Below, piece by piece: positions 13,526-27,514 of a stretch of 64,000 nucleotides of DNA. Each line of letters opens with the position of its first letter. The first letter of the stretch is position 1. Where the stretch lies: assembly GCA_050273025.1 (NCBI GenBank), contig CP158635.1, positions 12,834,001 to 12,898,000 on the forward strand, in the 5' to 3' direction. This stretch comes from Cenococcum geophilum (Eukaryota). The notes under the pieces are model-generated. The model was not told where the DNA came from and searched no databases. It was given only the letters and a program-made list of their open reading frames with translations. The position numbers and the translations under genes are program-made.

Positions 13526-13711
13526 TATAACGGCGCTGGGGTATCGCCCCTACGATGTCTATATGCAGCCTAGTTAGGGGCTCGCTTAGAGACTTAGCTT
13601 ATGTATATAGACCTGTCCTTTTCTCAACCTCCTTTTGCTCCTTAGCTTAGTATCTTCGTAATACAGCATTCTACAAGCTTTGGTTTAGAGGCATTTATAT
13701 AAGCCGTAATA
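13526..13711 (+). mobile_element. Solo LTR (186 bp, RIP-mutated)
   Basis: TATAACGGCG...GCCGTAATA (RIP form of TG...CA); TSD GCTCT/GCTTT. Right half matches the reverse complement of the Gypsy A LTR. Confidence 0.85.
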
Positions 13712-16229
13712 GCTTTAAGCTAAATAGCTATATTATAAATCTTGCCTAAGGCTCCTATCTCTCGCTATTTAGCTTAGGTAACTTTATCTTAATAGTATTT
13801 ATTTTCTAACTTAATTATAAGCTTCTGCTCTATAGCCTAGAGCTCCTTTACGGCTTATACTATAAGCTCTACAGCTTCTTAGTTTTTGGTAAAAAGGAAA
13901 GCTTATATTGTAAGATTAATAACATAGCTAATATAGCAAATTTGGTGGTAAACAGTAATCTAAGTAGGGAAGCGCTTTTGCAGAAGTCGATAGAGCTTAT
14001 TATTGCTGCCGTGGTTATTACCTATATTTAGTATAGTTAGTAAAGAGCTTAGTAGTAGTAAAGGTAGAGGATGGAAGTCTACTAGTAATATAGCCAATCT
14101 GCTTTACTTTAATCTTATACTCCTTAAGCACCTCTGCCTATTACTTACTACTATAACTTTCCTTATGCTCTTATAGAGTAAGTATTACCTTTAAGAGTTG
14201 CCTAGCCTTGTTAATAAAGTAAACAGTTACCGCTTAATAATCGATCTTATTTAGCGCTATCTAATAGTTAGTTATAAAGTAAAGCTTTAAAAGAGCTATA
14301 GAAAGCTTCTTTCTAATAAGATCTTTATAAACCTATAAGGGCGCGAAGAGACTTTAGGGAAGATTTAAAGGAATAATATAAATTCTATCTAAATCTAAGG
14401 GTATATAGCTCTTGCTAAGAATAAGACATTACGTAAAGAAGAGAAAGGTGTTACGGACGCTTTAAGTACGATATTACGACTACTTGGAGAAGAGTTAGAA
14501 GAAGCTAGTTAGTTAATACAAGTACGGTCTAAAATGGAACCCGTGGAACCATATAATAAGGAATAGTAAGCAGAGTCACGTAATGTAATCTGTGTAATCT
14601 ATATAATCTATAAGATCCGCTATAAAGTAAATAGAGCGGACAGAGTAGACAGAGTAACAACTTTCTTAGAAGTACGGTTATATATTTAAGGACCCTTAAT
14701 CCCTACCTAGATAGTTCCTTTCCTTATAGTAATTCTTAAAATACAATTAGAGTTAATCTATTAGGCAACTACTCCACCAATTATTATTACGTTGTTAACT
14801 TATTTAAATTTATACACCTAGCCTATTAATAGGACCTACCGTAGTTTAAGCTATAAGGTTCCGTTATATAATTACTACCTAGTTATAGTCCAATAAGTTA
14901 AATAATATGCCACCAAAAGCAGCCACCATAACGCCATTAATGGCGGCAACTACTTTAAGATTAGGTAACGACACTAGTATAGCAGATACTAACTTATAAT
15001 AACCTATAACAGTAGGGCAGTTATAAGAGATAGTTAACCGGTTAACGGAAAATAATATAATACTTAAAAATAGGATTAATGGGATAGGCGCGGTAAAGAT
15101 TAAGCTACTATTAATCGAATAATTCTTAGAAGAAAGATTAAAACTTAAAGGATTTCTTACGCAAATACACTTTAAGGTTTTATAAGAAGGAGCTAAGCTA
15201 CTAACACCTATAGATTAAGTGGCGTATACAGAATTGTTTTTATTAGGAAAGGTACTTAAGTAGTTTAAGCCTTATCTTATAGAAATATAAGTAAATAGAA
15301 TAACAACTATAAACTAAGATATACGGTTTATATTCTTAAGCTAAAGCGGATTTGTAGAGTAACTTATATAAATATTTAGGGACCCGGAAGTAATAGTAAT
15401 AGTAAAAAAAAAGCTTTAGAACCTAACGTAATAAACCTTAGTAATTAAATATACAATATAGTTCCAGATATTAGCTACGTAAGTTAAGTAGAATAATAGG
15501 GCGCTTATAGCATAGTATAAACAGGGACTTAAAGTAAAAGTCTAGGACGTAATTATTCTAAGAAAAGATGCAGATACCCTTAGGGAATTAATAGATTAAG
15601 TAATTAAGATTAATAATAGGATCTTCTAAAGGGAATAGGCTAAAAAAGGCTAGGATAGAGTTCTATAGTTATATAAGGCGCAAAGTACGCAATAACTAAA
15701 GTTAAATTAGAAACTATAGTATAGCGTAAAGCTAATAAACCTAAGTAGTACTAAAGAAACCTATAAGAGATAGGGAAAACAACTATAGAAACCTAGAAGT
15801 TAAGGATTAAGTAATTAAAAGACTAAGGAGCATAGGCTAAACCAAGGATCTTAATAGTAGAAGATATTTAAGTGGACTTTATAGCAAAAGCAATGGTTTA
15901 AAAACGGAGCTTATATAAATTATAGAAAATAGGGTTATTTCGCTAGAGACTATAAAAGTGGTTAGAGTTACTATATAGTAAAAGGAACTAAACTAATAGT
16001 ATACTACGAGGAACAAAAGAATATTTAATCTAAAGTTTTATATTTTATTATAATAACGCATACCAAGTTTATAAAGACGCTAAATACGGCGTAAGTTATT
16101 GGCTATAAGAGCTAAAGTTAAGAGGACTTAAGGGAACTATAGAGTTAGATAAAGAATAAGATCAACTCTATAGGCTAGATTAAGATATTATAGTAATATA
16201 CGGATAAAGATTAGTAATAATAATAATAG

Positions 16230-18200
16230 TGTCTATACGAGTAGAGGTTACGTGGTCATGTCTCTGATTAGTCATCCTTACGGTGACTTATCAGCCCCCT
16301 ATTTAGGCACCGCGATCCTTACGATCCTCTGTAAAAGAAACGAATGAATTAAAGAACCTGTTACCTTATATTGCAATTGCAGTACCCCCGGGTAATACCG
16401 ACACTAATTAGTTGATATTACAGATTAGCTAGGTGTTATTACGAAGAGAGACAACACGCGATCGCTCCTATAAAAGGCCTGTTGATCTCGTTGCGTTTGC
16501 TAAGGAGAACCCTTCCTGTATAGGCCCTGGGAACTTAAAGAACCGACTTCTCCAAGGCTTCGTTTGGTTCGCGTCCATTACGCAATATCTACCACAAGAG
16601 ATAACACGCGATCGCTCCTACTAAGGCCCGTCGATCACGTCGCGTTTGCTAAGAAGAACCGACTCCTACCAAGGCTTCGTTTGGTTCGCGTCTACTACGC
16701 AAATTAATACCCAGTACGACCTCTTTACTGAGCGCTAGTACACCTAGCAGCGTCAGCAGCACCCCTACCTACACCCCTACCTACACTACGACCTACACTA
16801 TGACCTAAACCACAACCTACGCCAGCTAATTATGTTTAACATAAGAACCTAACGTCCGAACTAGGCTAACGGAATCACCCTAACCAGCGAGACTACTGCA
16901 GAGGATATCACCAATTACATTTACTTCAAAATTAATGAGTATACTAGCTATAACTTTAAGGATAAAACCCTATGGGATTTATACCAAGAGGACTTTAATA
17001 ATTTTAAGGTATAAATATTTAAGGAAGCTAATAGGTCTGCAATTAAAAAACTTAAATAACTGCTCCGACGTAATAGAGTATGGGTCTTTAATAAAAAGAG
17101 CAAGTCAGTACCACAAGCACTATATAACGTCGCTTACGAGGACAACCGTACGGAATGGTTAGATGCAGAAATTCAGCTATATATTAACAGCAAAGGACCC
17201 TTTAATTCGTATGCTATCAACTATCGTCTCAAATTACGCCCACTTGCCACTACCCCTAGGACACCTCAACCACCTGCTGCGTCTATACCCCAGCAAGCTC
17301 CGTCCACACAAGCTTCGTCCGCGCAATCTCCGTCTGCGCAAGCTCCGCCCACGCAAGCCCCATCTGCACAAGCCCCGTCCACGCAAGCTCCGTCTACATA
17401 AGCTCCGCCTACACAAGCTCTATCCGCGCAAGCTCCGCCTACACAAGCCTCGTCCGCATAAGCTCCGTCCGCGCAAGCTCCGCCTACGCAAGCTCCGCCT
17501 ACGCAAGCTCCGTTTACAGAAGCTCCGCCTACGCAAGCTCCGTCCGCACAAGCTCCGCCCGCACAAGCTCCGCTAGCTTTACTTTTCCCCTTAACTAAAG
17601 CTAAGGACCTATGGCAGCCAAGCTCGTATAAACCTCCGCAACCTGCCCGGCAACAGCGCAACTCAGCTCCAGCTATCTTAAATAACCTTCCTACGGCCGA
17701 GCTCCCCTTACCTACAAACGTTACTGTTTGCTACCTCCCCTGCAGATCTACCACGTCGAAAATTACGTTAATAGCGCGCCCCAAATGCCAGCGTGCTCCT
17801 CCCCCCCCTACGGCCTTTGCAAGCTACAAATACTACATTAATAAAGTCTATATATTGGTGGTTTTACGCATAAAGAAAGAACTGCCAGTGTTGGAATATA
17901 TAGATAGAGTCTACCGACTAAACAATTATACTGTTACGCCTATAGTCCGTCTAAGCTGGCACCGTACTGCTATATACTTCTCCTTTATACTTTCTTACCT
18001 TTTTTCCTTTTTGTAAATATCGCCAGTGTCTATATAAGTAGAGGTTACGTGGTTATGTCTCTAATTAGTCATCCTTACGGTGACTTATTAGCCCCCTATT
18101 TAGGCACCGCAATCCTTACGATCCTCTACGAAAGAAACGAATGAATTAAAGAACCTGTTACCTTATATTGCAATTACAGTACCCCCGGGTGATACCGACA
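16230..18200 (+). mobile_element. Internally deleted LTR element (Copia-like gag remnant only), 1971 bp
   Basis: 174-bp LTRs 16230-16403 and 18027-18200; TSD AATAG. EDITNYIYFKINEY...LWDLYQEDF (~16900-17000) resembles the gag N-terminus at ~46950. No pol and no PPT. Confidence 0.85.
17290..17575 (+). repeat. 15-bp minisatellite (CAAGCTCCGCCTACG; QAPPT in the gag frame)
   Basis: About 19 tandem degenerate units read directly. Confidence 0.92.
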
Positions 18201-21200
18201 AATAGAGTTAGAGTACTTATTAATTAATAGCGATAAGGGAAAAAAAGGAACTAACTAGGAGTATTTAAACCTTAATAACGTAATAGAAGTAGAGACTGGA
18301 ACTATTATAAAGCAAGGTTTAATAATAGGCATTATAATACCGTTAAATATAGTATCCATTGCTTTATAAGACGGAAGGAGTAATATTTATAGGCAATTAA
18401 GTAAGCAGATAACTGCTAGTGCTAGCTTACTACTTAATAAAGGCAAAAGGCTAAAGGCTTAAGATTCTTAAGACGAGATAAAAGATAACTAAGATTCTTA
18501 AGATAAAATAAGGCACGCTTAAGGACCTATAATAGATAATAACTAATAAAGTAGAGCAACGGCTTAGTTTAGTAATATATAAATAAGCTTAGGACGAAGT
18601 TTCCTAAAGGCATAAAACTCTTAAAGTAAGATAAGTGAGATTTAAGACTCTTAAGATAAGATAAGAACACTAGTAAAGCCTAGTTAGACTAAGGCTAGAG
18701 TATAGCTTAAGAAAGAAGTAAGCTTAGAATTAAAGAATCTAAGGGACCAAGAATTTGGAGTATAAATAAGGACACCCGTAAATAAGAGGCAAAAGGCTTC
18801 GCCATAAATTAGAGAATCTGTAGTATAAATAGCAGTTAGGCTAGAAGACAGATATATAGACCTAAAGGACTTATTAGGGGAACGTAGTGTTCAGCCTAAA
18901 GATTAAAAAGTTAATACTATAATTAGGAAGTAAGAGAACTTTAAAGATCCAATTACGAGATGTAAATAATAAAAAACTATAGACGAATTTAGAGCAAGAA
19001 TCCTTATATAGCAAAAATAGTAACTAGATATAAAATCTAGTATACTAAGTTATATATAAGACAGAGTACCGGTATAAAGAATTACTAATAGGCTAAGAGT
19101 AGGTACGCTAAGAGCTAAGTAGCTTACTAAACTAGAAAATAAAGAGGATTTAGGGATTCTAACTAGGTTTAAGGAACGGTATATAAAGGGCTGTTATAAC
19201 GTAGTAATAAAAAGATACTTTCTTACGGATAGGCCGTATACACTCCAATAGCTATATTAAAGGTAGTATAGATAGAGATATAATAATAAGTGGGAAGATT
19301 TCTATATATAGTTAGACAAAAAAGTTATTTAAGACTACCTAATTACGGAAAAAGCAATAAATTATATTAAGGGAGCCTTAATTATAATATTAAAGGATCT
19401 GAAGGAATAATTAAAGGACTAGAAAAGCAAAAGACGTATTTTAGTACCCGCGAATAAAGTTATAATATTTAAATTAATACAATAGAGGTTTAAACTTAAG
19501 AATAAAGATAAGCTAAGAGTTAACCCGAAACACCTAGTATACTATACGCTATTGTGGATTATATATATAGATAATATATATAAAATGCACAAAAATCTAA
19601 AAGAAAAGAACCGAAAATACCCTATAAGGATATATTAGGCGCTAGATAAGCAATAGTATAGAAATACTAAGTATATATACAGCTAGCATCTAGTAGAAGT
19701 TTAAGAGTTAAGAGACTTAATACTTTAACTAAAAATATTTCTTACGGAAGAATACTTAGACAAATAATAGTGGTAGAAATGTCTAGAGAATATATATTTA
19801 TAGTATATTAAGGATAAAAAGCAAATAAAGTATTAGTTAAAGAATAAGCTAAGTATATAAGGATCTAGTAGCCAATAGTTAGAAAAAGTAAAGGCCTATA
19901 GGACTAAAGGGAGCTAGTAGTAAAGCCTTAAACCCTTAAAGGAATTTAAGAATAACACCTAAATTTATAAGTTAAATGGCAAGATTAGCAGTTTAAAGCA
20001 TTAGTAGATAATAGAGTAATAAAGAACCATATCTTACTAATAGCAGTTAAAAGGATAGGGCTACTACACAGATAGAAAGAGCACCTATATTTACTAGTTA
20101 TAACTCCAGGAGATCTAATAGCCTATAGAGGAGGTATTATTAATCTTAAAATAGGACCTATTTAGATAACTATTAAAGGGAGACAGATTAAGATATCCTT
20201 TAATATATTACTATTAGGGAGTAATAAGGCAGTATTAGAAATGCCTTAATTACAGAAATATAATCTAAAGATCGATTAGGTTATAGGTTAGGTTAATATT
20301 AGAAATACTAATGCCGTAAGATATAATAATAAGCTAAGATAGTATAGTACTAAGTAGGGGCGACCTATAAAGAAATAGATAAAGGATTAAGTTATATACT
20401 AAAGAGATACTATAAGTATAGTAAGAAACTATAGTTACTAAAAAGTAAAAAGCTGTTAAAGTATATAGTATAGGACTATAAAATAGAATTAAAACTAGGA
20501 GTAAGTTTAAGGTTTTTTCCAATCTATAAGCTTACTAAAGAAAAAGGGAAAGCACTAAAAGAGTTTATCTAAGAAAACTTACAAAAGGGATATATTAGAC
20601 CATTGCAGTTATTAGCAGGTTATCCAGTACTATTTATACTAAAGAAAAATGGGAAACTTAGACTATGCATTAACTATAAATAGTTAAATAGCATTACTAG
20701 AAAGGATAGGTATCCTTTACCCTTAATTAGCGAAATCTAAGATAGGATTAGTAATGCGTAAATCTTTATAAAGATAGATCTAAGATGGGCGTACTATTAG
20801 ATTAGGATTAAGGAAGGCAATAAATAAAAGGCAGCCTTTAGGTTAAAGGAAGGACTATATAAACTATTAGTAATACAGTTTAGACTTATAAATACACTAA
20901 CAACGTTCTAGAAACGTATTAATAATATATTAAAAGAGCACTTAAATAAATTTGTTATGGTATACCTTAATATTATTATTATCTACTTAATGAGCGAGGA
21001 AAAGTACGGAGAATATATTAAATAGGTTTTAAAGAGACTATAAGAAGAATAGATACTAGTAGCAATTAAGAAATATAAGTTCTTTACTAAGAAGATAGAT
21101 TTTATAGGATTTATTATTAAACTAGGCCAACTTAGTATAGATTTAAAGAAAATTAAGGCTATAGTAAATTAGTAAGAACTAGAGAACGTTATATAGCTAA

Positions 21201-21971
21201 GGTTATTTTTAGGGTTTTGCAATTACTGCAAAAGGTTTATAGCTTAATAGTTAAAGAATATTAAGCCATTTATAAGGTTAACAAAGAAAGAAGAACCTTA
21301 GGTATAGGGAGAAGAGCAGAGGAAACTATTTAAGGAGGTTAAGGAGTTATTTACTTAAAACCTAATTCTTAAAATCTACTAACTAAAGTTAAAGATAGTG
21401 GTTAAAATAGATATATTAAACTTTATACTAGGGGTACACTTTCTATAAAAATATAAAGACGAATAGCACCTAGTGACATACTATAGTTAGAAGATAACAC
21501 TACTAGAACTAAACTATAACATCTATAATAAGGAGTTATTAGGTATAGTTACAGCGCTTTAAAAATAGAGAGCATTCTTATAAGGCATAGAGAAGCTATT
21601 TATACTTAAGATAGATTATAAGAACCCAATAGGGTTCCTAATAATAAAAGAACTTAACTAAAGATAAGTTAGATAGGCAGAAATGCTTATAGAATACTAT
21701 TTTAAGATTTAGTATACTAAGGGTATAAATAATATACGAGTAGACGCTCTAAGTAGAAAGGCTAAACTATAAAATAATAAGAAGCCATTAGGGGCTTTAC
21801 TATAAAAGGATATAAACGGATTAATTAGATATAATTATCCGAAGATCGCAATAATAAGAAAAATTAGTTAGACCTATAAATTACTAAAGAGTAACTAGTT
21901 ACTAAAGATCTAAGATATATAGGTAGAGGATTAGGACTTAAAGTAGTATAAAAATTAAAAAGTAATATACG

Positions 21972-22155
21972 TGTCACAGCGACTTAGTTAATCGAGGCAC
22001 GAGCGTCGTAAAGAACGTATGCAAGCCTGTACAATTGGAATGTCTATGGACCCGGATATTAAGATAAGAAGTAGAAGGTGGAAAAGGACACGTCTATATA
22101 CATATGCCAAGGCTCAAGCGAGCCCCCTGACTAGATCCGTTACGGTGCCGTAACA
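21972..22155. mobile_element. Solo LTR (184 bp, little RIP)
   Basis: TGTCACAG...CCGTAACA; TSD ATACG; interrupts Gypsy B pol. Confidence 0.92.
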
Positions 22156-23341
22156 ATACGTGCCTAAAAGTATTACAAAAAAATTTATTAAGTTATTCTA
22201 TAAGGGATTAACTTAAGAATATAATAGAGCTATAGGCTTAGTGTTAAGACTCTAAGAGGAGTATATTATTAATAAAATTTAGGGACTAGCAAGATAAGTT
22301 ATAAAAGAATATTTAGATTACTAAAGAAATAAACTAGTAAGGCATAAGCTATATAGAGGGCTATAACCTATTAAAATACCAGAAAGACTATGGGAGGTTA
22401 TATTATAGGACTTTATTATAAAGTTGCTAAAATTAAGAGATCCTATTACTAGATAAGATTATAACACAATTTTAGTAATAGTAGATAAGCTAATAAAGTA
22501 GGGATACTTTATAGCATGCATAAAAGAAATCTTAGCGGAAGATGTCGCTAGAATCTATGTTAAGGAAGTGTTTATAAGATATAGAGTTCTAAGTAAAATT
22601 ATATTAAATAGAGATCTAAGATTTATAGCAGTATTTTAGAAGGTATTCTTAGTAGAATAAGGAGTTTAAGTAGTAACTTCTACTATATATTATCTACAGA
22701 CAGACAGTTAAACGAAAAGATTAAATTAGACACTAGAGCAGTATCTAAGGCACTATATTAATTATATATAAAACAATTAGGTATTATTATTACTAGTTAT
22801 ACAGTTTGCATATAATATAACACCTTAAAAAGGAATGAGAACATTACTATTTAAGGCGAATTACGGATATAAGCTAAAAACATCGTTATTACTATAATAA
22901 GTAAAGAAAACAAGTAGTATAGCTAAGTAAAGAATGGAGATACTAATAAATCTTTATATAAACCTTACGGAAATAGTAAAGGTAGTATAGTAAAGAATGA
23001 AAAAGTACTATAACGTTAAGAGATCTAAGGGACCAAATCTTAAAAAGGGAGATAAAGTATAGCTACTATATAAAAATTTTAAGAGTTAACAACTAAGCAA
23101 GAAATTAGATTATATTAGATTAGGACCTTTTAAAATTAAAAAAAGAATTTTATTAGTTACGTTTAAGTTAAACCTACTAGCTAAAATAAAGATCTACCCT
23201 ATACAGTATATCGCAATATTAGAGCCAGTATATAGGAATATTAAGCCACTAGTTTACAAAGCAGATATATATAAAGGGTAAAAAGAAGATAAATAGTAAG
23301 TTTTAAAAATCGTTAATTATAAAAACGTTAATAATAAAATA

Positions 23342-26300
23342 ATAATAATAATAATAATAATGCATTGCTTAACGTCCGATTTGGATCCCTATTGGGCCCA
23401 CGCGGACTACTCCTTATTTATATATGGGGAGAAAACTCTATTTAAGAAAATAAGAAAACCCCGTAATCTATCTCCCCGCCTTTTAGGACTCGCCTACTTA
23501 ACGCCTATAAGTTACCTATAGTGCTCTACTACCTTACTATTTAACCTTCTTGGGAACCACTGCTGCCGTAATAAGCCTATGGACGTGCTAGTATTATAAA
23601 CTATTACTCTACTACTGTAGAGTTACTAGGGGGCACCTACTGCTCGACCCCTTACCTTCTATTACTATTTCCCTTGTAACCTAGAACTAATTTAGCATAT
23701 TTTAACTAATAAGCCACTAAGTAACCGCCTTAAGGCCTTTTTATATTAAGAGCAGTGTATTATAGTTCTCTATACTAGCTGCTAAGAGCATTATTTCTTA
23801 ATTAGTGCATAGGGGGCATAGCAGTATTATATATTTTGGTGTCTGTCTTAGCTAGCCATATTTATATCTTAGGCTACCTACTAGGACACCTACCTAGTAA
23901 AGCCAATCTTTTAGTCCTATTATTCCTATTCTTAAGAGTATTGCTATTATATTTTCTGCCTTTATTAGGCCTTCTCGGAGCCCTTAGGTATTTACCCCCT
24001 ATAGCGTTAACTATACTATAGCTTAGGTTCGTCTTACCTAAGTCAGCCTCTATACCTTTAACTCCTATTTACCTCTCTAGTATTAGTCTAACCAGTATTA
24101 CATTATAGTAGATAGTTTCCTAGCGTTCTTACGTATTTTACTTTAGCTTCTTTCTTTATCTTACTATTGTTTTTACTAACCTCTTATACGTCTCCCTTCC
24201 TTCTCTATATAGGCCTAGGCCCTAAAGCGGCACTATTCTTCTTCTACTTTCTTTACCTGTTTCTCTAATATCTCTTCCCTACTTTAGGGTTATTGGTTTA
24301 TTCTCCTATAGGGCACCCTAGGGTCCCGCTATAGTTTACTTAGGCGTATCTTAATATACTTTATAACATTAGAGTTATGTTTATTTTGTATTTTTTATAT
24401 TGCAGCGGCTTTAATATATAACTATAGGGGGGGAATATTGGATTCCTTCTTAAGTAGTGCTATAGCCGTTTGCTTATACCTACCTGTAATACTTTAAAGG
24501 CAGGCTATTTAGACCTTTTAAAGTGGTTTAAGGAGTAATTTAGGGGGGCCCTTTTTAGTTTCTCTAATGGCCTAAATACTGGATTTATATATCATGGTTA
24601 GCCAGACGACTGCTGTATATAGTAGGCGTAACCTCTAAAAGTATAGACCCTATATAGAATTAACAATCCTAGATAAAGTAATAAACTGTGCTTAGCCTTT
24701 ACGGGCCGCTTATACCGCATATGCGCTCTACTAGAGCTTACTGTCTACCTATACTCCTAATACCCTTAGGCCCTAAACTGGTTAACCCCTAAAGCCTTAG
24801 ATGCAAATTATATGCTAGAGATCTATAGATTAGTTGCGTTTTCTTATAAAATAGATTAGCTAGTATTTCTTTAGTAAGAATTAGACTCTATAACGTTTTG
24901 CCTATTCTATATAAGTATTATAGGCTTTCTCTAGTATTTTATAATTCTTTGCGGCTATTAGCCCGTATATAATTAGGTTTATGTTATTAACAAAGCCTAT
25001 CCCCTAGGTCGCCTCTTTCTTAAAGGAGTTAAGTAGGTTGCTTATAAAGAAAAGGAAGAGTATAGGCAAGAGGGGTAATCCTTATAGTATTCCTGTTATA
25101 ACTGCAATAAGGGGGCTCTAGTATCCGCTAAAGATTAGTAATATTTCTTTCTAGCTTATAAACCCTTAGATAAATTATATAATCTATTTTAGGAAGCCCT
25201 TTACCCTAAGGATATGCAGGAGACGCTTATAGGGTATATTATTATAGGCACCACTAATGTTTAGGCTAAGCATTAATACTATAAAGTCCTTTCGCATCGC
25301 CTATATAGATTTAATAGTGGCAGCAAGTAGCGTAAGTGCTAATAGTGTTAAGCGGTTCTTTCTTGCCCCTATTTGGCTTTATAGTAGTAGGGCGTGTTCT
25401 TCTACTATATCTACTATGCGTTCCGCTATTACCCTTTTTAAGATCTTACTAAGGGTGTTTTCTAAGGTAATAGGGCGGTAGCTTCCTGGGATTAAGTAAT
25501 CTGCTTTACCTTCTTTTTATAGGATAACCATCGTTATAGATCTTCTAAGTTACGGGTAGTAGCCTATAATAAAGCATGCTTTAGCTATATCTATAAGCTA
25601 AGGTGCTATAAGTGGCCTATAGGTTTTTAGGGCCTTATTTAGAATCCTATCTGGTCCTAGTGCTATATTATTTAAAAGGCGGCTAATAGTTCTAGCCATT
25701 TCCTCTATTATTATGTCGCTGTTAACCCGTAGGCAAGTCACCAGTATTTTGCCCGTAATATTACTAAGGTCTACTAGAGCTAGTTAGGGGAAGAACCTTT
25801 CTATAAGAATCTTTACCTTCTTATTATTATTATTTATGGCCTATAATTCTCCTGCTCTTTATAGGGGTGGTAGGTATAGGTTTTCTACTAGGCACCCTAC
25901 CTTTTTCTTTACCCATTTTACTATAGCCTAAAGGCCCTTATTATGGGGGAGGCTTAGGTTAAAAGTATACTTATTTATAAACCATCTCCAGTTATTTCTT
26001 ACTTCTTTTTTTAGGGTATTCTTTAGCTAGTTTCTTATATCTTTATATTATCTCTCGTATTTAGGGTTATGGCTGCTTATATATTTCCTTCTTACTTATT
26101 ATTAGCTAGTAACTAGAACTGTATATTATATAGACCATATATATCGCGTATAGGGGCCCAGTTTTAAGATTAGGCAGTACTCTTCTAGCCTATTTTTAAT
26201 TGCTATCTAGATCCTTTCTAGTCTTCGGTTAATTTCCTTAGGGGTGGCCAATAAGCCTCGCTTGTTTAGTATTAGGTAGATTTCTTCTAGGTTTTAGAGT

Positions 26301-27479
26301 TATTATTTAACTGTATTAAAGAAACTATCTATCTTAAGCTTCCTTATTACGTATCTTTTTCTATTTAGTTGCGCTTTAGTATCTAAGTCTAGCTATATTT
26401 AGATAGGGATATAGTCTAAGGTAAGTGCCTATTCTTCTTTAGGGTTGTACCTTTTAAGTCTCTGGTATAGGCCTTTATCTATAAATATAAGGTCAATTAT
26501 ACTTCTGGCGGTGCCTTATTGCCATATAATTACTCCTAGGGGGGTAGCTAGCTTAAGGCCCTAGATATCTATAGCTCTTAGTAAACACTTTAACTGTTAA
26601 TCTGCAGCAATATAGATACCCCCCTACCGCGGGTAGTAAAGGTTTATATCTCCTAGTAAGATAGACTCTATACCTTTAGTTTTTAGTAAGCTTATTACCG
26701 ATATAATATTCTCTGTTTATAGGACCCCTTCGACCCTAGGGTTATATATATTAATAATTTATACCGGTCCCCTATATATTTAGATTATTATAACTGCAAT
26801 ATCTGGGTTAACTGCCTGCTATAACTATAAGGATAGGCTAATAGCCTTACTAATTATAAAGCACACGCGTATAGCTGCTTTTGGTTTATATAGGAGCTGG
26901 AATCCTTAGGGGCAGTATATTAATTATATAAAGGTATTATAATACGGTTCTTGTATAGCAAGGATATAATATTTCTCTAGGTCTAAACTGTCTAGTAGGG
27001 GCCTTATAAGGCGGTGGTTTGTGTTACCGTAGTTATACTATATAATAGATAGGTGGCGGACCCCTAGCGAGGGTCCTTTGACTCTCCTTTATTCCTCGCT
27101 TCTTTTATTTCCACTTTCTCTAGGATATTTGGAGCTTCTATCTCTTGTGTCTACACCCTAGTTACTACTTATTTTATATAAAGCTTTCTATTCCCATGTC
27201 TTATATTCCTATTAGCGCTTCTATATCTAAATCTGTTATTATTACCAGTTCTTCCCCTATTTTTACTAGTCGGCTATATACCCTTTATGGGTTGGCTACA
27301 AATATTATATTTGCCGCATTAAGTCTAATTCTTAATTATCCTGGTCTTGAGCCTGCTGTCGCTGTCTATAGGGGTCTTCCTACGGGGCGTCCTCTCCCTT
27401 GTGTCCCCTGTGACCCTTATATCCCTAATTGGTCTAGTGATGTCGCACGGCGTCGCTTCTGGCCCGTTAAGGCTTAGGA
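23342..27479 (-). mobile_element. 5'-truncated LINE (fungal Tad-like), RIP-inactivated
   Basis: (AAT)n tail at ~23338-23361; ~11-12-bp TSD AATAATAAAATA (23330-23341, 27480-27491). Minus strand: APE motifs ILAIQEP ~26950 and LLGDINL ~26650; RT GIL*GLPL (=GIPQGSPL) ~25080 and GFVNN (=GFVDD) ~24990; C-terminal CCHC ~23750-23820. Confidence 0.92.
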
Positions 27480-27514
27480 AATAATAAAATATAGTATAAA
27501 GTAAAGTGGATAGG

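Larger units (their letters stand above)
1139..14448 (-). pseudogene. RIP-inactivated hAT transposase split by nested insertions (pieces 1139-1812, 2469-2503, 13425-13525, 13717-14448, possibly 28862-28874)
   Basis: Minus-strand motifs in hAT order: FITNY*IA (=FTTDCWTA, first D, ~14260); IGYIT/GDNHGSND-like (second D, ~14000-14100); C..H.INL-like (~13920); RDNNI*WNLW (=RDNxTRWNSW, ~13445-13470); E*ETIRKIAAILKPF (~1720-1765); ILSILAILAKAEH (=ILSIPAMSAEAER, catalytic E, ~1152-1190). Confidence 0.85.

Noticed and set aside
17163..17661. ORFs with KLRLR and ACVGG repeats
   Set aside because: Alternative frames of the 15-bp minisatellite; the likely real frame is the RIP-broken gag (QAPPT).
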